Shown one piece after another: positions 10,368 to 20,048 of a stretch of DNA of 64,000 bases (positions within the stretch are counted from its first letter, which is position 1; each line of letters opens with the position of its first letter). The position numbers and the translations under genes are program-made. Under the pieces are notes generated by a model that saw nothing but the letters and a program-made list of their open reading frames with translations, made no database searches and was not told where the DNA came from. The stretch comes from Candidatus Poribacteria bacterium (GTDB taxonomy: Bacteria > Poribacteria > WGA-4E > WGA-3G), in assembly GCA_965204285.1 (NCBI GenBank), contig OZ241980.1, forward strand, positions 160,235-224,234. The letters are read 5' to 3'.

Positions 10368-11501
10368 ATGAATGGACGCAAAGTTGTTTTTCTTTCCTTG
10401 CTGCTATTGCTGATCGGGACAGCAGCACACGCCAAAATCGTTTTTAGTTCACAACGAGACGGAGAGGTAGGCAAACCCAGCGGTGGGGTGCGGGGTATCT
10501 ACGTCATGGACGATGACGGCAGCAACCTGACACTTCTTACGGAAAGCAAAGAGTTGTTCCCTGTAGCCCCGAGCTGGTCACCCGATGGTCAACTGATTGT
10601 GTTTAGAGAACGCACACACAGGAACAAAAAATCTGTTCTTTTTCTGATGAATGCGGACGGCAGAAATATTCAGCAACTCACAGAAGAAGATAGGAATACG
10701 ACTATCATCGGCGGTAGATTTTCACCGGATGGAAAATCCATCGTTTTTAGTAGAGACTTTGTTGTGAACAACAAGGTGAAAAGCGCCATCACCATGATGG
10801 ACATTGCGACGCGCGAGATGAAAATCGTCGCAGAGGTAGATGCAGTTACCTGCGATTGGTCCCCCGATGGCAAACAGATTGTGTTTGATAAACCTTCAAC
10901 AGTCGGTGGCGGGGGAAACACGATTTGGATTATGGGGGCAGATGGACACAACCCACGCCCACTTATCCCCGCACCCGTTCCGGAAAAATTCTGGACACAC
11001 CGATTAAAACCGCGCTTCTCGCCAGATGGTCAACAGATTGCGTTTCTGCAAAGAGAGTATACATGGCCAAGGACACTCATCTACCATGCATATCGGTATA
11101 TCATTTGTGATCGCAACGGAGACAATATCCGGCAGCTACGGATACCCAAAGACTTCGACGGGTCCGGCTTAGACTGGATGGATGACGGCAAATCTATCGT
11201 TTTCACTGCGCGGGCTGGCATGCCACTCGACGAACCGATACAGCCAGACTTTGTATGGCCGCCAAGTTATGTCTACAAATATCATATCAAAACAGGCGAG
11301 ATCACCCAGCTCACAAACGATCATGGGTGGGATCAGACAATAGATTGGATTAGTGATGATGCGCTATCTGTTACCCCTAAAGGTAAGATGCAAACGCAAT
11401 GGGGAAAACTAAAAAAGTTTCTCCAGAGTCGCAGTGAAACGTTCAAATCGTTATCACAAAACTTGTCGTTTTTCTTGCGGACAGGGAAAGTTGCAGAGTA
11501 A
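10368..11501 (+). CDS. Secreted TolB-like PD40 beta-propeller protein, tandem paralogue A
   Basis: RBS AAAGGAG; signal peptide LLLLLIGTAAHA; repeated (W/F)SPDG(K/Q)xIVF blades. Contains the KMQTQWGKLKK motif followed by a 28-aa tail. Confidence 0.8.
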   Translation: MNGRKVVFLSLLLLLIGTAAHAKIVFSSQRDGEVGKPSGGVRGIYVMDDDGSNLTLLTESKELFPVAPSWSPDGQLIVFRERTHRNKKSVLFLMNADGRNIQQLTEEDRNTTIIGGRFSPDGKSIVFSRDFVVNNKVKSAITMMDIATREMKIVAEVDAVTCDWSPDGKQIVFDKPSTVGGGGNTIWIMGADGHNPRPLIPAPVPEKFWTHRLKPRFSPDGQQIAFLQREYTWPRTLIYHAYRYIICDRNGDNIRQLRIPKDFDGSGLDWMDDGKSIVFTARAGMPLDEPIQPDFVWPPSYVYKYHIKTGEITQLTNDHGWDQTIDWISDDALSVTPKGKMQTQWGKLKKFLQSRSETFKSLSQNLSFFLRTGKVAE

Positions 11502-11545
11502 GTTCACCATTGGAAGACTGTAACTTGTTTATAAGGAGTATTTCC

Positions 11546-12697
11546 ATGCATCTACAAAAAGTTGGTCTATTTTGTTTGCTGCTATTGCTGATCGGGACAG
11601 CAGCACACGCCAAAATCGTTTTTGGTTCACAACGAGACGGAGAGGTAGGCAAACCCAGCGGTGGCGTGTGGGGTATCTACGTCATGGACGATGACGGCAG
11701 CAACCTGACACTTCTTACAGAAAGCAAAGAGTTGATACCTGCAGCCCCGCGCTGGTCTCCAAACGGCAAACAGATTACCTTTACTAAACGCCCACACAGG
11801 AACAGCGCATTCGCTCTTTATCTCATGAATGCGGACGGCACACATATTCGGCAACTCACAGAAAACGACAAAATATTTACCGTCCTCGGCGCTTCATTTT
11901 CACCGGATGGAAAATCCATCGTTTTTAATAAAGACTTTGTTGTGAACGGCAAGGTGAAAAGAGCCATCAACGTGATGGATATTGCGACGCGCGAGATAAA
12001 AATCATTGAGGTAGATGCTGTCAACTGTGAGTGGTCCCCCGATGGCAAACAGATTGTGTTTGATAAACCTTCAACAGTCGGTGGCGGGGGAAACACGATT
12101 TGGATTATGGGGGCAGATGGACACAACCCACGCCCACTTATCCCCGCACCCGTTCCGGAAAAATTCTGGACACACCGATTAAAACCGCGCTTCTCGCCAG
12201 ATGGTCAACAGATTGCGTTTCTGCAAAGAGAGTATACATGGCCAAGGACACTCATCTACCACGCGCATCGGTATATCATTTGTGATCGCAACGGAGACAA
12301 TATCCGGCAGCTACGAATACCCAAAGACTTCGACGGGTCCGGCTTAGACTGGATGGATGACGGCAAATCTATCGTTTTCACTGCGCGGGCTGGCATGCCA
12401 CTCGACGAACCGATACAGCCAGACTTTGTATGGCCGCCAAGTTATGTCTACAAATATCATATCAAAACAGGCGAGATCACCCAGCTCACAAACGATCATG
12501 GGTGGGATCAGACAATAGATTGGATCAGTGATGATGTGCTTTCTGTTACCCCCAAAGGTAAGATGCAAACACAATGGGGCAAACTAAAAAAGTTTCTCCA
12601 GAGTCGCAGTGAAGCATTTAATGCGTTTTTCGCAAACCCCATCATTTTTCTTGCAGAATCAACGTTGAATGCGCGTGCAGCTGCTGTTAAAAGATAA
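11546..12697 (+). CDS. Secreted TolB-like PD40 beta-propeller protein, tandem paralogue B
   Basis: ATG at 11546 lies 7 nt after AAGGAG and is preferred over 11510. Its 5' signal region and 3' ~590 nt are near-identical to paralogue A. The central part is diverged. Confidence 0.8.
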   Translation: MHLQKVGLFCLLLLLIGTAAHAKIVFGSQRDGEVGKPSGGVWGIYVMDDDGSNLTLLTESKELIPAAPRWSPNGKQITFTKRPHRNSAFALYLMNADGTHIRQLTENDKIFTVLGASFSPDGKSIVFNKDFVVNGKVKRAINVMDIATREIKIIEVDAVNCEWSPDGKQIVFDKPSTVGGGGNTIWIMGADGHNPRPLIPAPVPEKFWTHRLKPRFSPDGQQIAFLQREYTWPRTLIYHAHRYIICDRNGDNIRQLRIPKDFDGSGLDWMDDGKSIVFTARAGMPLDEPIQPDFVWPPSYVYKYHIKTGEITQLTNDHGWDQTIDWISDDVLSVTPKGKMQTQWGKLKKFLQSRSEAFNAFFANPIIFLAESTLNARAAAVKR

Positions 12698-12717
12698 GGT
12701 TTTAGTTAACACCTGTG

Positions 12718-12759
12718 TATTGAGGGTATCTCTTATTGGGTATTGGGATACCCTTCAAC
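12718..12759 (+). promoter_or_regulatory. Conserved leader hairpin module (compact copy), TATTGAG-GGGTATC...TTGGGTATT...GGGATACCCTTC
   Basis: AGGGTATC (12723-12730) is the reverse complement of GATACCCT (12747-12754). A second GGGTAT (12738-12743) can pair with the same 3' strand instead. A related expanded copy lies at 22693-22764. Confidence 0.45.
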
Positions 12760-12773
12760 ACAAGAGAGACACA

Positions 12774-13253
12774 ATGCCAAATCATAAACCAGTCCATCCC
12801 ATCTTCAACAATCGGTGGCAACTTGTTATAGCATTCATAGCAGGCATACTGATTTCTCATCTTTGGGGAACAGGAGCAAATATATGGCGCGGATTCTTTG
12901 AAGGAACAATATACGGAAAAGTATTTATACAAAATGGGAATACTTCTCAGCAGAATCTTGAAGGAATTGAGATTTCATTGGATGTAATTGGTAGTAACAA
13001 GAAATGTAAACCTGTTTTGACAAATGATATGGGGGAATACCGTTTTGATCAGAATGTTCCAGTTGGATGTTATCTATGGATTAATGTGAAATATGGAAAA
13101 AACCAAAGACACAGAGAATATATAGATACAATTGAAGGTGTGAAGTGGTTACTTGGAAGTAGACGTTTGGCTCTCCCTATGTCGTCAGGTATCCCAAAAC
13201 GGGTAGATTTAGAGATTTATCCTATTATATCTCAGGATACTGGCAATCCATAG
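12774..13253 (+). CDS. Membrane-anchored protein with a carboxypeptidase-regulatory-like (Ig-like beta-sandwich) domain
   Basis: The internal ATG at 12774 avoids overlap with the upstream gene and the hairpin. TM helix WQLVIAFIAGILISHLW. GTIYGKVFIQNG...GEYRFDQNVPVGCY resembles the CarboxypepD_reg fold signature. Confidence 0.55.
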   Translation: MPNHKPVHPIFNNRWQLVIAFIAGILISHLWGTGANIWRGFFEGTIYGKVFIQNGNTSQQNLEGIEISLDVIGSNKKCKPVLTNDMGEYRFDQNVPVGCYLWINVKYGKNQRHREYIDTIEGVKWLLGSRRLALPMSSGIPKRVDLEIYPIISQDTGNP

Positions 13254-13255
13254 CA

Positions 13256-16200
13256 TTATTCAAATTGACCTCTCACCGTAAGTGCGCTTGCAACAGAGAG
13301 GAAATCCCTTCCCTCTTCAACCCTATCGTGGTTGTAGCTAAGTCCCAAATGTAGATTCACTGTTAGATGGTCGCTGAGTTTGTAGCCTGCACGTAACGTT
13401 GTCTCGTATCGTTCAGACCGCTCCTCCTTATTAGCACCGTAGTTCTCTCTGCGAATCGCCAAAGAAAAAGTGTTGGTCAGATCAAGGTCATGCTTAAGTG
13501 GTATTCTGCCGATCAGTGGCAAGCGTATACCACCTTCAGTACGGTACCGGTAGTCAATGCTAAAGTTTGGAGTAATAATGAAAGCTTTGCTCTCAATTCC
13601 ACTTCGTAGGTGATCGCGAAGAGTTGTGCGAATACCTAATGAGGTTCTGGTTTCTTCACTCCATTTATGTAGCCAACTCAAGGATGGGGTGTGTGCAGCG
13701 CTGTCACTAAGTGTAACTTCAAGATTATCACTTTTCCGTATCGTATAACTATACCGAAGTTGAAAACTTGTGGCTTGTTGTGCATTCAGCTTAACATCCC
13801 CTTCGTAGGTTTCTGCGTGTGATATAAATGTGCTGCTGTAACTTTTCCGAAAACTATCAGATGTACTGAGATTTGTTCCAAAGGAGAGCCATTTCCACGG
13901 ATCCACAGAAGTGCGAACTGTGTAGCGATTACTGTTACGCGAATTAGTACGTTCCTCTGCTTCTCTATCAAGTTCCCAGATTTCTATCAGAGATTGATTA
14001 GACTCAAGTTGGCGAAAGGATTCAGAAGCAGTGAAGGTTGCATTGGTGTTTATTGTAAATGTATTGATTATTCGCTGTAAAAAACCTTCCGGTTTAGGTT
14101 GTTGCGTGGCAAGAGAACCTGTTGTTACAGGACCTGAACGCTGTTTTTGTTCCATCTCCGCTTTATCACGGTTAATCCAGTCATTCTGATCTTCAACTAA
14201 TTTTTGGATTTGCGTTTCCTCAACACCGTTATCCCGTAACTCTTCAAGCCGCTCTTCAATCGGGGTTTGTTGATTTGACTTTTCGATCGTTCCATCCTGA
14301 ATCGCTTCCAAAGTTTCAGTTTCTGGTTTTTCCTTATTAAACAACCACCCAAACCATTTTTGAATACGAAGATTCAAACCAAGATTAATGTTTCCGTTGA
14401 GTGAAGCGTCTTTCTTTACATTAAACCAGTTTTCTCTGAAACTCACACGGCTTGTTACTGTGGGACGCAATCCAATCAGATCACGATTGAGACGTGGTGT
14501 AAGTGAAAGCCGGTGTTCACGTTCAGCAATTGAAAAATCTGGCTGAATTTCTTCATTGGAATCCTCTTCCGCAGAAGAATTTGTGTTCGTTACATCGCTC
14601 GCGAAAAATGATGATCTATAGCGATTCGGATCACGTTTCTCAAGTGTTCGCCGCACATCATAACTTGGACTGAGACTGAAGACAGTTATCGGACTAATGT
14701 TAAGCGTTATGGAGCCGCTATCTGTTTTCTCATCTCGATTCCTACCATAGCCATAACCGTAGTAGGAGGTTGATGTTGTAGTCGTATCTGTTGCCGTTTC
14801 AGGTTTTGCAAGAATATCCTCATGCCGATACTGTAAATTGAACCCAAGTTTTGAACCGAGATTATATCGAAAAGTCCCTGTGTATAGGTGGCTAATTTGT
14901 GTTCCTTGTCGCTCATTCCAAAAGTCCTGATAATTGTAAGAAAATCCGAGGTTGGGATAAGGATTTCGGTTGAATTGCACCGAAACGTCTCGGTTTAAAG
15001 TTTCACTCTTTCCACTCACAAAAGAACTGTAACTTCCTCGTAGCGCTTCAGTTTCAGATTCCTGTTCTTGAATAGAATAGCGTATTGGAAGCCATGAAAA
15101 AATCGTGACATCAGCATCAATATTGTAGTCGTTATTTGTAGTACTATAGCCACGGGATGACAAACGTTGCCGTCCGATTTCACCAGCCCCGCTCTCAAAA
15201 TCTTTGTCTTGACTTGCATAACCCCCACGGAGACTAATAATACTTCCGAGTGAAACAGACATGTTGCCACGCCGTGCCCATCCAGAGCGGACGAGTGGAT
15301 CACCCAGATGTATCTCGTTTACCCATACCTCACCACTAATTTCTCTATCTGTGTCGTTTCGGATGCCGAGCAATATACCTCCGATATTTTTAATAGACAG
15401 TTGCGTTCTGCTTACCCCAGTTTCTGAACCTCTAACACTAAAGCCATCTGGATGTCCATCAGGTGCATTTTCGATAGGAGATGGTTGCAATTCCTGATTT
15501 GATGTTTCTGTATCAACATTCTGATCTGTAACCCGGTCAGGATATTCGTTCCTAACGTGGTCTCGCAAGTCAATCTCAATCAGTTTCCATCCTTCAAAGT
15601 CAATCGGTACGGTATATTCATAATAGTCCGTTAGGTTTTCAAATATATTCACATCCTCTTCTTGTGGTCGGTTGAGGAATGGATCGGAACTGTAGAATGA
15701 ACTCCGGTAACCTGTGCGCACACTGGGTGCGAGTTGCAAGACAAAGGTAGTGTGGCTTTTATCACCATATAACCATAATCGGAGTGTGTCGTGCCTACTA
15801 AAATCTTGTCCTTCGGTCTGACTAAAACCTTTTAGTTGCTTGGAGGTAATACCGTAGGAATCAGGGTAAAGATAATATTCGAGGCTAAGCGTCTGTTCGC
15901 GTTGTTGCTGTGTTTGAAAACCGAGCGAGGTAGCTGTAAACGGGTGTAGTTTTCTAAAAAGTTCGTCATCTTCAATTTCGATATATGCACTCTGATAGTC
16001 GTCAAAGCTGAAATTATCTTTTGTGCCAACGATGAACTTTTCGAGTGTATCTTCAACAACTTGACGGTCGGAAAGTCCGGCGGTTGTCTCTGCAAAGGAT
16101 TTTGTGACTACACCCTGTTCCCAGTTATTTCCAACGATTTCTATAGAAGCCCATTGAAATGTTCCCTTAACGTTCCCGGGCCGGTTTTTCATGAGCCAAA

Positions 16201-19200
16201 AACGGAAGTGCTGAACAAATACGAGACTGGGGACACGAGAGCCTTCCGGTAAAAATTTAGAGAGTGGGATACTAAGGAACGTCCACCCGTTCTTATTTTT
16301 TCCTTTAATCCATTCGTTTGGAATCTCATTAAGTGGGATAGCAACCTGAAAATATGCATCGACGTTATCAAGCACGCCATCGCCATTTAAATCCTCGCTA
16401 TCCAAAATTTGGTTATTTGCCCCAAAAGACTTTGGATCAAATGGTCCGTCATATCGCCACCCAACGTCCTCGCCTGTATCAAGTGCTCCGTTTCCACGAT
16501 ATCGATGCACATCCGGTAGATTTTCAAGGTCAAGATCAAGTGCATCTACAATACCGTCTCCGTTGGTGTCCTCTAATGTTTGTGGTAGGTCTTCACTATC
16601 AAGACGTCCATCCGCATCCGCATCTTCATTTACAGCACCAAGATTGAGATAGAGCGTTACATCGTCGTCACCTTGCACACGCATCCACATTTCAATAAAA
16701 CCACGCTCAGAATAGTCTACGCCAGATTTTGAGATACCGTTGGAGAAACCACCCCATTCTTCTACGACATCCGTAAAATCGTATCCAATTTCCATAATTA
16801 ACCGTTCTTCCGTAGAAAGAGAGAGCGGCTGTATTGACGAGGCAGGTACATCTTGGTTGCGCATATAGTTGCCAACAGCCTCCGCTTCTTCCCTATCTTT
16901 CAGAACGACATTAAAAAGTGCTCTATTTTCCTGTGTAGGTAACACGGTATAATTGTGTGGTGTACCCGTTTGAGTCGATTCCGGGATGTATGGCACACTA
17001 CTCGGTTTCCAACTGTATTTGATCGTTGGAATAGTGGTGGTTTCTTTTACACCTTCCATACTATCAATAAGGGCGACCCCGACACTATTCGGGTTATTAT
17101 GTGAATAAGCCGACTCCCCACTAAAATCAATTGAAAGTGGAAAATTTTGAACATTAACAAAAGGCAGCGGGTTTAACAACCACGCCATATTGAATTCTCT
17201 GCCAAAACTGGTATTGATATTAAATGCTTGCAAACGGTTGGGGACTTCGTTGACATTTGGTATTAGAGCCGGTTTCTGTCCGGTTGTTAAGATATAGCCT
17301 GTTGATACATTAAAACCTTTTTGGAAGACAGGATTGAAATAATTCATGCCTGTTCCGTAACCGCCTAAGTAACTGGGTCCGATTCGCGAACGACCTCCGA
17401 AACTACCAAAACTACTGTATCCACTTCCACCACTACCGAAGCCGCTACGGCCAAAGCCGAAATTATTCATTCCTCCACCAGAAAACGTTCCGCCCCGAGG
17501 AAGCCCACCCGAAAACTGGTCATTCATGAAATTACTGTCCAAACCTGTTTGTGACATTTGCATGCCACCCAGACGGTTGAATCTATCCTCAAGATTTTGC
17601 TCTCGCGCTGATTTCGGTTTCGGTTTATGTATGTATTCTAACCATACACCAACAACTGCTTGCTGTGAACCGCCGAAAGGAGTCTTTTCAAATTCCACGA
17701 CGATTTCATCAAATTCATCAAGTTCTGTAAAAAACCGAATTGACCCAACTTCATAAACCATCATGTAGTCCGTATCGCGTGTGAGGACTCTCCCGTTTAA
17801 TCGGACAGTTTCGCTATTTGGAATCACAAATAGCCCGACATTATAGGTTTCAGATTGATAAGAATAGTCAGCAACAATTGTGTAGACTTGGTCAGTACTG
17901 CGGAGGGATTCGAGATAAATCGCTTCGTTATTCAAAGAATCTCGGTATCGGTAGTATGGATGTTGCGGATCACTGATTTGAAAGGGATGTAAATTTGGAA
18001 AACGTAGTAATCCCCTGTCGTAGTCTATGAACTCAGGATCTACAATACCGTCACCGTTCTGATCCAATCCAAATATTTCTATATATGGTACAGGTCCCGA
18101 ATCAGTTTGAAATGTTTCACTTTCTCCCTGTCGGATAATTGTCAATTGAAAATCACGAGGATTGATGTTTCGGTTGCTGAGAAAGTAAACGTTATCTGCC
18201 ACTGATCCACGAAATCCTTTCGCTTTTAACACAACATAGCCTACCTCTTCGCCCTCTTCATCAATAGATCCATCTCCATTTTCATCAGCAAATACATTCC
18301 CAGGATTCCCAACGCTGCCACCACCGTCTCCCAGATATTCATAAGCGACAACAATAGTATAACTTGTGGAGATAGAGGATAAGAACTCAATCTCACCAGT
18401 TTCATAGTTAATGTTGTAGTCCTGTCCAGGAAACTGTTGGTTGAAATATCCTTGACTCGTGCGTTGGCCCCCTTGGTTATTGCCCACAACGCTATCATCT
18501 ATATAAATTTCCACACTCCCTTGTTTGATGGGAAGATATGCGTCATGGAGCAAACCATCCTCGCCTTGATGGATTAAATAGTACCTATTTTTAACATAAT
18601 TCGCATCCGCAATCTGAATACCGCGTGGTCCGTAACCGAAACTCGCTCTCCGAGACTGTCCCCGGAACGTTCGCACCTCGCGAACACCCTTACTTCGTGA
18701 TCCGAAAAGAGTCATTCGGGTGTTTTTATATTCAAACACGCCTTCAAGTCCAAACAGATTACGGTTAATGTTCAAGAAACGAGTGTTCGGCAGGCTGAGT
18801 GTAATGTCACCAAAAGAGAAGGTTTTTATCAAGCTCTCAGGTTTACCTTCATACCAAATTTTAATCTTTTGTTCTTTCGCGCCTCCAAGTCCATATCCCC
18901 CGTAGCTGCTACCGTAGCCACCATACCCACCGCCATAAGTATCACCTGCATTGTAATCCACCGCGATGTGCACCCGTTCTCCGACACGTCCATGTAATCC
19001 AATAATTTGTCTTTGCCGTATATTAATACCGGTAGAACGAGGAATGCCGCCTCTGCCAAAGCTGCTGTAACCACCATAACTACTGTAACCACTCCCATAA
19101 CTTGAACCGAAACTGTCATATCCGCCGCCAAACCCGCTGCTGTAACCGAAATCTTCATAACCGTAAGAAGAAGTAAGTCCAAGGTCAAGTCCTGATCCAT

Positions 19201-19738
19201 AGTCACCATAACTCCCATAACCATAACCGCCGTAACGGTTCAAATCTCCTTCACCAAAATAGTGTGTTTTGTTGACCTCAATTGTCACAGACTGGTCAAT
19301 TTTTACTTGTAGGTTTGAATCCATCGGAAGATCTATACCTTTGGTATCCGTTTTGGGACGCGGTTTCCAATCGTAAAGTTCGGAGAGGTCACCAAGATCA
19401 GGTGGATATTTCCAGCGACGCAGTGTTTCTAAGTATGGCATCAGCATCTGACGACGCAAAGATATATCTGAATCTATATCTTCTGTCGTTGATGGGTCAT
19501 CTGTTGTTTTCGTTTTTGATTCGCTCTGAAGCCACGTATTTTCTTTTTTTTTGGGCTTCTTGCTAAATGGATTCTCGACTGGAGTCTGAGAGGCGGTTTC
19601 CTCTTGAGAAGGTGGAGTGGGTTCGTCTTTTTCCGCAGTTAAGGCAGGTTGTACAAAAACAAGAAAACTGAACGCAAAGAGAATTAGGAATCTATATCTA
19701 TGTGAGGGCTTTGGCTTCAAAAGAATGTGCTCCGTCAA
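13256..19738 (-). CDS. Giant (2,160 aa) secreted, probably outer-membrane protein with Gly/Tyr/Ser low-complexity tracts, Asp-rich Ca-binding-type repeats and a beta-rich C-terminus; possibly SprA/Sov-like
   Basis: A single uninterrupted 6.5-kb ORF. The start is a non-ATG codon (TTG at 19738; alternative TTG a few codons in). Signal peptide FLILFAFSFLVFVQPALTA. Gly/Tyr/Ser tracts such as GGYGYGSYGDYGSG and SYGSGYSSYGGYSSFGRGG. DxDGDGxxD motifs (DQNGDGIVD, DTNGDGIVDALD, DLNGDGVLD). Alternating beta-strand-like C-terminal third. The segment ADANYVKNRYYLI recalls, from memory, a conserved SprA segment. Confidence 0.85.
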   Translation of the reverse strand: MTEHILLKPKPSHRYRFLILFAFSFLVFVQPALTAEKDEPTPPSQEETASQTPVENPFSKKPKKKENTWLQSESKTKTTDDPSTTEDIDSDISLRRQMLMPYLETLRRWKYPPDLGDLSELYDWKPRPKTDTKGIDLPMDSNLQVKIDQSVTIEVNKTHYFGEGDLNRYGGYGYGSYGDYGSGLDLGLTSSYGYEDFGYSSGFGGGYDSFGSSYGSGYSSYGGYSSFGRGGIPRSTGINIRQRQIIGLHGRVGERVHIAVDYNAGDTYGGGYGGYGSSYGGYGLGGAKEQKIKIWYEGKPESLIKTFSFGDITLSLPNTRFLNINRNLFGLEGVFEYKNTRMTLFGSRSKGVREVRTFRGQSRRASFGYGPRGIQIADANYVKNRYYLIHQGEDGLLHDAYLPIKQGSVEIYIDDSVVGNNQGGQRTSQGYFNQQFPGQDYNINYETGEIEFLSSISTSYTIVVAYEYLGDGGGSVGNPGNVFADENGDGSIDEEGEEVGYVVLKAKGFRGSVADNVYFLSNRNINPRDFQLTIIRQGESETFQTDSGPVPYIEIFGLDQNGDGIVDPEFIDYDRGLLRFPNLHPFQISDPQHPYYRYRDSLNNEAIYLESLRSTDQVYTIVADYSYQSETYNVGLFVIPNSETVRLNGRVLTRDTDYMMVYEVGSIRFFTELDEFDEIVVEFEKTPFGGSQQAVVGVWLEYIHKPKPKSAREQNLEDRFNRLGGMQMSQTGLDSNFMNDQFSGGLPRGGTFSGGGMNNFGFGRSGFGSGGSGYSSFGSFGGRSRIGPSYLGGYGTGMNYFNPVFQKGFNVSTGYILTTGQKPALIPNVNEVPNRLQAFNINTSFGREFNMAWLLNPLPFVNVQNFPLSIDFSGESAYSHNNPNSVGVALIDSMEGVKETTTIPTIKYSWKPSSVPYIPESTQTGTPHNYTVLPTQENRALFNVVLKDREEAEAVGNYMRNQDVPASSIQPLSLSTEERLIMEIGYDFTDVVEEWGGFSNGISKSGVDYSERGFIEMWMRVQGDDDVTLYLNLGAVNEDADADGRLDSEDLPQTLEDTNGDGIVDALDLDLENLPDVHRYRGNGALDTGEDVGWRYDGPFDPKSFGANNQILDSEDLNGDGVLDNVDAYFQVAIPLNEIPNEWIKGKNKNGWTFLSIPLSKFLPEGSRVPSLVFVQHFRFWLMKNRPGNVKGTFQWASIEIVGNNWEQGVVTKSFAETTAGLSDRQVVEDTLEKFIVGTKDNFSFDDYQSAYIEIEDDELFRKLHPFTATSLGFQTQQQREQTLSLEYYLYPDSYGITSKQLKGFSQTEGQDFSRHDTLRLWLYGDKSHTTFVLQLAPSVRTGYRSSFYSSDPFLNRPQEEDVNIFENLTDYYEYTVPIDFEGWKLIEIDLRDHVRNEYPDRVTDQNVDTETSNQELQPSPIENAPDGHPDGFSVRGSETGVSRTQLSIKNIGGILLGIRNDTDREISGEVWVNEIHLGDPLVRSGWARRGNMSVSLGSIISLRGGYASQDKDFESGAGEIGRQRLSSRGYSTTNNDYNIDADVTIFSWLPIRYSIQEQESETEALRGSYSSFVSGKSETLNRDVSVQFNRNPYPNLGFSYNYQDFWNERQGTQISHLYTGTFRYNLGSKLGFNLQYRHEDILAKPETATDTTTTSTSYYGYGYGRNRDEKTDSGSITLNISPITVFSLSPSYDVRRTLEKRDPNRYRSSFFASDVTNTNSSAEEDSNEEIQPDFSIAEREHRLSLTPRLNRDLIGLRPTVTSRVSFRENWFNVKKDASLNGNINLGLNLRIQKWFGWLFNKEKPETETLEAIQDGTIEKSNQQTPIEERLEELRDNGVEETQIQKLVEDQNDWINRDKAEMEQKQRSGPVTTGSLATQQPKPEGFLQRIINTFTINTNATFTASESFRQLESNQSLIEIWELDREAEERTNSRNSNRYTVRTSVDPWKWLSFGTNLSTSDSFRKSYSSTFISHAETYEGDVKLNAQQATSFQLRYSYTIRKSDNLEVTLSDSAAHTPSLSWLHKWSEETRTSLGIRTTLRDHLRSGIESKAFIITPNFSIDYRYRTEGGIRLPLIGRIPLKHDLDLTNTFSLAIRRENYGANKEERSERYETTLRAGYKLSDHLTVNLHLGLSYNHDRVEEGRDFLSVASALTVRGQFE

Positions 19739-19888
19739 TGTTTATTGCTATATGATAATATTGTAACGGAGAAGGAAAAAGTAGGTTTACCTTAGATGGA
19801 GGGTGTGTAAAGTTTTTTGCATGTGTATTGCCAGAATTACTGAATTAATAAATTATGGTGAATTATTGAAATAATTAGACATATCCAC

Positions 19889-19983
19889 TGTAGGAGCGAT
19901 CTCCGAATCGTGACATATTCCCCTTGGGAATCCAAATCAACGGTATGAATGCGCGTATGGTATTCCCCGGAGTTCCTCTTATA
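19889..19983. repeat. REP-like palindromic unit, copy 2 (right arm interrupted)
   Basis: The left arm TGTAGGAGCGATCTCCGAATCGTGAC is intact. The right arm is split as TTGGGAATC / ~33-nt insert / CGGAGTTCCTCTTATA. Confidence 0.6.
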
Positions 19984-19994
19984 AGCGTGTACTG

Positions 19995-20032
19995 AAAAAA
20001 GAAAGGCAGATATCCGCAAAGGATACCTGCCT
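19995..20032 (-). terminator. Intrinsic terminator of the minus-strand Cys/His operon
   Basis: AGGCAGATATCC-GCAAA-GGATACCTGCCT hairpin (11 of 12 bp paired). On the minus strand it is followed by a T-run (plus-strand A-run at 19995-20003). It lies 17 nt after the stop at 20049. Confidence 0.65.
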
Positions 20033-20048
20033 GTGATGTTTAGAGTTG

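Noticed and set aside
18829-19224. 131-aa same-strand alternative-frame ORF (and similar ones) inside the giant gene
   Set aside because: These are out-of-frame readings of Gly/Tyr/Ser-coding low-complexity DNA within a continuous 2,160-codon ORF.
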